A DNA stretch of 64,000 nt, taken from assembly GCA_017474265.1 (NCBI GenBank), contig JAFVHZ010000103.1, positions 614 through 64,613 of the forward strand, given 5' to 3'. This document shows, piece by piece, positions 56,877 through 64,000 of this stretch; position 1 is the stretch's first letter; the number at the start of each line of letters is the position of its first letter. Below the pieces are notes generated by a model that did not search any database, was not told where the DNA came from, and saw only the letters and a list, made by a program, of their open reading frames with translations. Position numbers and translations under genes: made by a program. Origin of the DNA: Bacteroidales bacterium. Its GTDB lineage: Bacteria; Bacteroidota; Bacteroidia; Bacteroidales; UBA932.

Positions 56877-58196
56877 ATGGACAAAATGAAACTTCCAATC
56901 GACAATTCTGTCCTTGCCTCCGTACTGGAGGAAATGGACATCCTTGACATTTCCGGCGCAACGATCCGTCAGTCTGGAGCGATTGCGCGGACTCTTGAAA
57001 CGCGCACTTCCACTGAGTTCCTCCATCTTGAGATGGGCATACCGGGTCTGCCTCCGACACGCGTCGGCATCGAGGCGGAAAAGCATGCCCTTGATGCAGG
57101 TGTAGCCTCTCAGTATCCTAACATGTTAGGCACTCCCGACCTGAAGGAGCAGGCGTCCCGTTTTCTGAAGGCCTACCTTGATGTCGACCTGGCGCCATTG
57201 GGCTGTATCCCTACCGTAGGATCCATGCAGGGCAGTTTCTCCATCTTCCTTCTCTGCGCCCATCTGACCCGGGAAAAGGATACCATCCTGTTCATAGATC
57301 CTGGATTTCCTGTACAGCGTACCCAGGCTCATATCCTGAACATCCGCAGTGAGTCTTTCGACATATATGACTATCGCGGGGACAGGTTGAGGTCCAAGTT
57401 GGAAGAGCATCTCAGTAGCGGACGCATCGCGGCCATAATATATTCGAGTCCGAACAACCCGGCATGGTTCAATCTTACCGAGGATGAACTCAGGACTATA
57501 GGTGAACTGGCTACGGAGTATGATACTATTGTCATAGAGGACCTGGCATATATGTGCATGGATTTCCGCAAGCCTCTGGGCAATCCGTACGAACCTCCTT
57601 TCCAGCCTACTGTGGCCAAATATACGGACAACTACATCATCATGATGTCCGGCTCAAAGATGTTCAGTTATGCCGGTCAGAGAATTGCCATCATTGCGAT
57701 TTCCGACCATCTTTACAAGCGGGAATATCCGCTTCTGAAAGAGATATACAAGATGTCCCGGCTTGGTGATGCATATGTGTTTGCCGTCCTTTATGCCGTG
57801 TCATCGGGAGCGAGTCATTCGGCGCAGTATGCCCTTGCGGAGATGCTCAGGGCTGCGGCGGACGGTGAACTGGATTTCGTTACCGCCGCATCGGAGTATG
57901 CCCGTCGTGCATCCCTTACCAAGAAGATGTTCCTCGACAACGGTTTCCATATAGTATATTCGATGGACGGCGACGAGCCGGTAAGTGACGGCTTCTTCTA
58001 TACCGTTGGATACAAAGGACTGTCGAGCGGAGTGCTTATGGGAGAACTCATGCGTTACGGAATATGCTCGATCTCCCTCGAACTGACCGGCAGCAGACAG
58101 AATGGTGTAAGGATATGTGTGTCTCAGATGAACCGTCCGGAACAGTTTGACCTTCTGGCTGAAAGATTGAAACAATTTGCACAGGACCATATATGA
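56877..58196 (+). CDS. PLP-dependent aminotransferase class I/II
   Basis: HLEMGIPG, PNNP, IEDLAY and SGSKMFSYAGQR. ATG at 56877 or 56886 follows TATATTTG at 56851. Confidence 0.88.
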   Translation: MDKMKLPIDNSVLASVLEEMDILDISGATIRQSGAIARTLETRTSTEFLHLEMGIPGLPPTRVGIEAEKHALDAGVASQYPNMLGTPDLKEQASRFLKAYLDVDLAPLGCIPTVGSMQGSFSIFLLCAHLTREKDTILFIDPGFPVQRTQAHILNIRSESFDIYDYRGDRLRSKLEEHLSSGRIAAIIYSSPNNPAWFNLTEDELRTIGELATEYDTIVIEDLAYMCMDFRKPLGNPYEPPFQPTVAKYTDNYIIMMSGSKMFSYAGQRIAIIAISDHLYKREYPLLKEIYKMSRLGDAYVFAVLYAVSSGASHSAQYALAEMLRAAADGELDFVTAASEYARRASLTKKMFLDNGFHIVYSMDGDEPVSDGFFYTVGYKGLSSGVLMGELMRYGICSISLELTGSRQNGVRICVSQMNRPEQFDLLAERLKQFAQDHI

Positions 58197-59491
58197 TCAG
58201 ATACATGACCGCCTCGGAGGCCGTCGGCCTGATAAACTCGGGCGACAGCGTCTATATTCAGGGAAGCACTTCCATTCCGGAAGTCCTTTCCCAGGCACTT
58301 GCCGACAGAGGAAACGAACTTCGTGGGGTGACCGTCTATGCCGCCTTCGCGGTGGGACGTTGCGAGGCGCCATACTGCCGCCCCGAATACAAGGACTCCT
58401 TCATAGTCAAGAGTCTTTTTGTTGCCAACAATATAAGACGTTGGCTTGCTGATGGTTATGGGTCTACAATACCTGCCTTTCTTGGCGAGATTCCAGGCCT
58501 TTTCCGTGACGGGACCCTCCCTCTGGATGCGGTCTTTCTGAATGTATCACCTCCGAATGAGGACGGTTACTGTTCCTTCGGAGTGTCTGCCGACCTTGCC
58601 GTGAGTGCGACTGAATGTGCCCGTAAGGTGATAGTGCAGGTGAACAAGGCCATGCCGTTTTCGTATGGTGATGCCCTGATTCATGTGTCGAAGATAGATG
58701 CTGCGGTTGAGGTGGACGATCCTCTTGTGGAAGTCCCGACTGCCGTGCCGACAGAGGTCGATATCGCCATAGGCCGTCATATTGCAGAGATGATTCCTGA
58801 CGGAGCCACTCTTCAGATCGGTGTGGGAGGCATCCCTAATGCCGTACTTTCTGCACTGAAGGACCATCAGCATCTGGGTCTTCATACGGAGGCCATGACG
58901 GACGGCGTACTGCCGCTTCTTGAGAGCGGAGTCATAGACAATTCATGCAAGACTGTCTGTACCGGCATTTCGGTGGCTTCACTTGCTCTGGGATCGCGCC
59001 GTCTGTATGACTACATGGACTACCGCAAGGACCTCCTGCTGAAGGATGTGGCCTGGACGAACGATCCTTTCCGCATTGCGCAGAATCCTAAGGTGATGGC
59101 CATCAATTCCGCTGTGGAAGTGGATCTTACAGGACAGGTCTGCGCCGATTCGGTAGGAACCCGCATCATTTCCGGCGTAGGCGGCCAGCATGATTTCATG
59201 TACGGAGGTTCTCTGTCAAAGGGAGGAAAGACATTCATCGCCATCCCGTCCATGACCGAGAAAGGCGTGTCGAAGATAAAGCCGGTGCTTACTGAAGGGG
59301 CTGGAGTGGTGACCACGCGACATTTCGTGCAGAACATAGTTACCGAATATGGTGTCGCAGAACTTCGTGGAAAAAGCCTTGCCGAGAGAGCCCGTGCCCT
59401 GATCGCCATCGCCCACCCGTCTGTGCGTGAAGAACTGGACCGCGCCGCTGCCGCACGTTTCGGATATGCGTATCTGCGCTGTGATGCGTAA
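58193..59491 (+). CDS. Acetyl-CoA hydrolase/CoA-transferase family (4-hydroxybutyrate CoA-transferase-like)
   Basis: DGATLQIGVGGIP, HTE, AINSAVEVDLTGQ, SGVGGQHDF, VTEYG and IAHP. Confidence 0.9.
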   Translation: MIRYMTASEAVGLINSGDSVYIQGSTSIPEVLSQALADRGNELRGVTVYAAFAVGRCEAPYCRPEYKDSFIVKSLFVANNIRRWLADGYGSTIPAFLGEIPGLFRDGTLPLDAVFLNVSPPNEDGYCSFGVSADLAVSATECARKVIVQVNKAMPFSYGDALIHVSKIDAAVEVDDPLVEVPTAVPTEVDIAIGRHIAEMIPDGATLQIGVGGIPNAVLSALKDHQHLGLHTEAMTDGVLPLLESGVIDNSCKTVCTGISVASLALGSRRLYDYMDYRKDLLLKDVAWTNDPFRIAQNPKVMAINSAVEVDLTGQVCADSVGTRIISGVGGQHDFMYGGSLSKGGKTFIAIPSMTEKGVSKIKPVLTEGAGVVTTRHFVQNIVTEYGVAELRGKSLAERARALIAIAHPSVREELDRAAAARFGYAYLRCDA

Positions 59492-59654
59492 CTTTCTGGC
59501 ACAGAGCGTCTTGACTGCTTTGTCCTGCAGGATTTGTCTTGCAGGCTGGAGTGGTTAATATGCTGATGTGTAGTGTTTTGTGTATCATGCAATCTATTCG
59601 TGTGAAAGTTTCCAAGATAATTAGTAATTTTGCATGTTGCGATATGGTTGCAGA

Positions 59655-62489
59655 ATGGATAAAAAGGAATATATAGAGATAAAGGGTGCGAAGGCGCATA
59701 ACCTCAAAGGTGCAAGTCTTTCGATTCCGCGCAGGAAGTTTGTGGTTGTGACCGGTCTGAGCGGGAGCGGCAAGTCGTCGCTGGCGTTTGATACCATCTA
59801 TGCAGAGGGCCAGAGGAGGTACATGGATACGCTCTCGACCTACGCAAAGCATTTCATGGGCATACTGGAAAAGCCGGAGGTCGAGTCCATCACCGGCCTA
59901 AGTCCCATCATCGCCATAGAACAGAAGACCACCGGAAACAATCCCAGGTCCACAGTGGGTACCATCACGGAAATCTATGACTTTCTCCGACTTCTTTATG
60001 CGCGTGCCTCTACTGCATATTCTCCCGAGACAGGCAAGGCCATGGTCCGATACACGGACGAGCAGATCGTCTCTCTCATCATGGAGAATTACAAGGACCG
60101 CAAATGCTACCTTCTCGCACCTTTGGTGAAGGGAAGGAAGGGACATTACAAGGAACTTCTCGAGCAGATGCGCAAGAGGGGATATACTCAGGTGAGGATT
60201 GACGGGGAGTTGCATGAACTTAATGAGGTAACGGCGCTGGACCGCTACAAGGCCCATTTCATCGAACTTGTCATCGATCGTCTGAAGCCGTCCCAGAAGG
60301 ATGAGAAGCGCATCAAGAGTTCTGTGATGTCGGCTCTGAACTACGGAAAGGGCTCCCTTGCCATAATGGATATGGAGACCGGCGAAGTCAGCCATTATTC
60401 CAAGCATCTTGTCTGTCCGGACACTGGAATTTCTTTAGCGGAGCCTGCACCGCATTCGTTTTCGTTCAATTCTCCTCAGGGATATTGCCCTCACTGCAAG
60501 GGGCTCGGCATCATCGTGGATGTCAATATGGATACGATCATCCCCGACAGGAAACTATCCATTGCGGAAGGTGGTATCGTTCCATTGGGAAAGGTGCGCG
60601 AGACGAAGAAGTTCGATGTCATAAGGTCGATTGCCAGGAAATATAACTTTTCATTATACGATCCTATCGGGGAACTTCCTGACGAGGTGGTGTCGCTGAT
60701 AGTATACGGTTCTGACGAACTTTTCAGGGTAGGTGAGGGTACTTCTTCCGAGATGGTGTCGTTTTCCGGCATAGTCGGCGACATCAATGAGAAGATCGTA
60801 TGTCCTGTCTGCGGAGGAAGCCGTCTCAATAAGGAGACCACATATTTCAAGATTGACGGAAAGACTATTTCCGAGGTTGCGGCGATGGAGATAGGCCAAC
60901 TCCGTGACTGGCTCTTTTCTTTGGACGATGTGTTTGGCAAGAGGGAGAGCACGATTGCCCGGGATATCCTGAAGGAACTGAAGGACAGGGTGTCCTTCCT
61001 TCTGGATGTCGGTCTGGATTATCTTTCCCTTGACCGTGCAACTGCCTCATTGTCAGGCGGTGAGAGCCAGCGCATACGCCTCGCGACCCAGATAGGCTCG
61101 AAACTGGTCAATGTGCTGTATATACTTGATGAGCCTTCGATAGGCCTCCATCAGAGGGACAACCGTAAACTCATAGCGTCGCTGAAGAAACTTCGTGACG
61201 AGGGCAATTCCGTGATGGTCGTTGAGCATGATGCCGAGACGATGATGGCTGCGGACTGGCTTGTGGACGTGGGGCCAGGGGCCGGTGAGGACGGCGGCCG
61301 CATCTGCCTCAGTGCTCCGCTTTCTGTTCTTCTGTCCGACTCCTTGTCAGATGATTCTGTGGTATTGTCCGACAGTCCGGGATCTGAAGGACAGGAGGAT
61401 GCGGAGAGAATGATAATAGGCCCGTCGACAACTCTGGAGTACCTTCGCGGCGAAAAGGCCATCGAAGTACCGTCTTCCAGAAGGACCGGCAACGGCCTCA
61501 GTCTGGGCATACGCGGCGCTACAGGCAACAACCTGAAGAATGTGGATGTGGATTTCCCTTTGGGGATGCTGATAGGAGTGAGCGGAGTCAGTGGCAGCGG
61601 CAAGTCGTCTCTGATCAACGAGACTCTCATGCCGATTCTCAAGAACCGGTTCTACAATGCCAAGATGCAGCCACTGCCGTGCAGGGAAATTGTCGGTATC
61701 GAGAATATAGACAAACTCATCGAGATCGACCAGAGCCCTATAGGAAGGACGCCGAGAAGCAATCCTGCGACCTTTACGGGCGTGTTCAACGATATCCGCA
61801 GTCTTTTCGAGGCTACACCTGACGCAAAGGTACGAGGTTTCAAAGCCGGAAGGTTCTCGTTCAATGTGCCGGGCGGCAGATGCGAAGAGTGCAAGGGTGC
61901 CGGAATAAAGGTGATAGAAATGAATTTCCTGCCGTCGGTCAATGTCGTCTGCAACGAATGCCGTGGCCGCCGGTATAAGAATGATACTCTCGCAGTAAAA
62001 TATAAAGGCAAGAATATCAATGACGTCCTGGAGATGCCTATAAATGAGGCATACGAGTTCTTTGAGAATATACCTTCAATAGCGCAGAAACTGAAGGCCA
62101 TGGTGGATGTCGGACTGGGATATGTGCGTCTGGGACAGTCTGCCGTAACTCTTTCGGGGGGTGAGAGCCAGAGGATGAAACTTGCTGCTGAACTTGCGCG
62201 TAAGGGGACGGGAAACACTCTGTATATATTGGATGAACCTACAACGGGCCTTCATTTTGATGACATCAAGGTGCTCATGGATGTGCTCCAGCAACTGGTG
62301 GAGCAGGGAAATACCGTCATCGTCATCGAGCACAATCTCGATGTCCTCAAGTCGATGGATTATATCTTCGACATGGGTCCGGAAGGTGGAAAGGCCGGAG
62401 GAATGATAGTTGCGGAGGGCACTCCGGAGCAGTTGGCCGCCAATCCTGATTCGGTGACCGGTCCGTTCCTGAAAGAAATACTGCCGTAA
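59655..62489 (+). CDS. uvrA: Excinuclease ABC subunit A
   Basis: Two ABC modules (GLSGSGKSS/LSGGESQRIRLA; GVSGSGKSS/LSGGESQRMKLA) and Zn fingers; TAATTTTG at 59625. Confidence 0.97.
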   Translation: MDKKEYIEIKGAKAHNLKGASLSIPRRKFVVVTGLSGSGKSSLAFDTIYAEGQRRYMDTLSTYAKHFMGILEKPEVESITGLSPIIAIEQKTTGNNPRSTVGTITEIYDFLRLLYARASTAYSPETGKAMVRYTDEQIVSLIMENYKDRKCYLLAPLVKGRKGHYKELLEQMRKRGYTQVRIDGELHELNEVTALDRYKAHFIELVIDRLKPSQKDEKRIKSSVMSALNYGKGSLAIMDMETGEVSHYSKHLVCPDTGISLAEPAPHSFSFNSPQGYCPHCKGLGIIVDVNMDTIIPDRKLSIAEGGIVPLGKVRETKKFDVIRSIARKYNFSLYDPIGELPDEVVSLIVYGSDELFRVGEGTSSEMVSFSGIVGDINEKIVCPVCGGSRLNKETTYFKIDGKTISEVAAMEIGQLRDWLFSLDDVFGKRESTIARDILKELKDRVSFLLDVGLDYLSLDRATASLSGGESQRIRLATQIGSKLVNVLYILDEPSIGLHQRDNRKLIASLKKLRDEGNSVMVVEHDAETMMAADWLVDVGPGAGEDGGRICLSAPLSVLLSDSLSDDSVVLSDSPGSEGQEDAERMIIGPSTTLEYLRGEKAIEVPSSRRTGNGLSLGIRGATGNNLKNVDVDFPLGMLIGVSGVSGSGKSSLINETLMPILKNRFYNAKMQPLPCREIVGIENIDKLIEIDQSPIGRTPRSNPATFTGVFNDIRSLFEATPDAKVRGFKAGRFSFNVPGGRCEECKGAGIKVIEMNFLPSVNVVCNECRGRRYKNDTLAVKYKGKNINDVLEMPINEAYEFFENIPSIAQKLKAMVDVGLGYVRLGQSAVTLSGGESQRMKLAAELARKGTGNTLYILDEPTTGLHFDDIKVLMDVLQQLVEQGNTVIVIEHNLDVLKSMDYIFDMGPEGGKAGGMIVAEGTPEQLAANPDSVTGPFLKEILP

Positions 62490-62506
62490 AATACAAAACA
62501 CGCTAT

Positions 62507-64000
62507 ATGGAAGAAATCAGAATCTGGTGCGAAAATACCGGTTCATATGAAAAGGTCGCGATGGGTACGACCTTGAAGGAAGTGTCTGAACGTATCTGCC
62601 CGACAGTCAAATCCGGGGACGCATGTGGACTGCCTGTGCTGTCAGCCCTCGTGGACAATAAACTCAAGTCGCTGGACTATAAGATAATCAATCCTCATAA
62701 TGTCCGTTTTGTGGGTTATGACCACCCTGACGGACGTCGTACATATATCCGTTCTCTCTGCTTTGTCCTGCAGAATGTCATAAGGGAGATGTATCCGTCC
62801 AAGGTGCTGGCCATTGATTATTCCCTTCCGAGCGGACTTTATTGCGAGATCCGTGAGGTGGAGCCGATGGAGGACGGACGTCCTAAGGTCTATTATGCGA
62901 CGGACGAGGAACTGGAGAAGATCGAGTCCAGGATGCATGAGATTGTAGCTGCCGACCTTCCTTTCCGAAAGGTCATGATGAGTCTGAACGAATGTGAGAG
63001 ATTGTATTCGGCCAATCACCAGACCCTGAAGGTGAATCTTCACAAGAGCATCGGCCGGTTCAACTATAATGTGTATTTTCTTGACGGACAGGCTGATACC
63101 TTCTATGGCCCGTTGACTCCTTCCACAGGAGTGCTGACGACATTCAACATCATGGGCTTCAATGACGGATTCTGTCTGCAGTATCCTATGGACGGAGATC
63201 CGGACAAGGTGCTTCCTATGAAGAGGCAGTCGAAACTTGCTACCGTCCTGAAGGAGCATTCTGACTGGTGCTCGATAATGGGGGTGCGCGGAGTCGGCAT
63301 GCTGAACAGCAAGGTACATGACGGGAGCATTGTGGACCTTATAAATCTTTCCGAGGCCCTGCATGAGAGGAAATATGCCGACATCGCGGACCAGATATAC
63401 GAAAGGCGAGGCAGCGTGAAGATCGTCTTCATTGCCGGACCTTCTAGCAGCGGAAAGACGTCGACCTCGAAAAGATTGGCCATACAGTGCCGCATCCTAG
63501 GCCTGAACCCTAAGGTGATAGAACTGGACAACTATTTCGTCGACCGTGAAAGGACACCACGTGACGAGAATGGAGAATATGATTTCGAGGCCCTGAATGC
63601 CATGGACCTGGATCTTCTGGGACGTCAGTTGAATGATCTTCTGGACGGCAAGGAAGTGGAGATTCCTCGTTTTGACTTCAAGGAGGGCCGTCAACTTTTC
63701 GAGGGGAACATGATGCGGTTGCATGAAAAGGACATCCTTATAATGGAAGGCATACATGCACTTAATCCTGCGATGATCCCGGGAGTGGACCCTTCGAAGG
63801 TCTTCCGCGTGTATGCGTCAGCCCTTACGTCTCTCTCCATTGACGAGAACAACAACATCTCGACTTCCGACAACCGCATGCTCCGTCGTATGGTCCGTGA
63901 CAACCGCACAAGGGGAGTGGTTCCTGAGGATACGATAATGAGGTGGCAGAGCGTGCGTAGGGGAGAGAACCGCAATATCTTCCCGTTCCAGGAGAATGCC
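62507..64000 (+). CDS. Nucleoside (uridine) kinase with N-terminal ThrRS-like domain (3' end runs off the window)
   Basis: Read manually from ATG at 62507: ..GRRTYIRSLCFVL.., P-loop IAGPSSSGKT, LDNYF, YDFEAL, MEGIHALNP and NRMLRRMVRD. Confidence 0.9.
   Translation, partial: MEEIRIWCENTGSYEKVAMGTTLKEVSERICPTVKSGDACGLPVLSALVDNKLKSLDYKIINPHNVRFVGYDHPDGRRTYIRSLCFVLQNVIREMYPSKVLAIDYSLPSGLYCEIREVEPMEDGRPKVYYATDEELEKIESRMHEIVAADLPFRKVMMSLNECERLYSANHQTLKVNLHKSIGRFNYNVYFLDGQADTFYGPLTPSTGVLTTFNIMGFNDGFCLQYPMDGDPDKVLPMKRQSKLATVLKEHSDWCSIMGVRGVGMLNSKVHDGSIVDLINLSEALHERKYADIADQIYERRGSVKIVFIAGPSSSGKTSTSKRLAIQCRILGLNPKVIELDNYFVDRERTPRDENGEYDFEALNAMDLDLLGRQLNDLLDGKEVEIPRFDFKEGRQLFEGNMMRLHEKDILIMEGIHALNPAMIPGVDPSKVFRVYASALTSLSIDENNNISTSDNRMLRRMVRDNRTRGVVPEDTIMRWQSVRRGENRNIFPFQENA

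Noticed and set aside
62642-63975. Minus-strand ORFs at the window end
   Set aside because: Shadows of the truncated plus-strand nucleoside kinase gene.

Overview
A chromosomal window from a Bacteroidales bacterium. Evidence for the taxon: TAnnTTTG promoters, SusC/SusD genes and Bacteroidetes-type housekeeping proteins; a gut/rumen lineage is likely but is inference. Housekeeping genes: recQ (partial), FKBP PPIase, dnaG, metG, murB, murA, dnaX, lptB, efp, ispH, cmk, uvrA and a nucleoside kinase (partial). A ~26-kb divergent starch/alpha-glucan utilisation locus (28.1-54.3 kb) has two SusC/D pairs, SusE/F-like lipoproteins, four GH13 enzymes, a GH97 and an MFS sugar transporter. It also has a LytS/LytTR two-component system whose likely 21-bp-phased binding boxes are visible at both catabolic promoters. 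Three things stand out. (1) A REP-associated HUH tyrosine transposase (RAYT) island is bracketed by two repeat families: hairpin doublets spaced exactly 72 bp, and branched ~100-bp palindromes with a conserved C-rich head and copy-specific paired arms. Two copies of the branched element sit in frame inside murB and account for most of its ~110 extra residues. (2) An FGE/C-type-lectin gene between murB and murA ends in an adenine-depleted segment typical of a diversity-generating-retroelement variable region and starts with a TIR-domain remnant; no RT or template repeat is seen in the window. (3) A bistable, C4-like structured leader precedes a small HTH gene. All calls come from reading the sequence; no searches were run.
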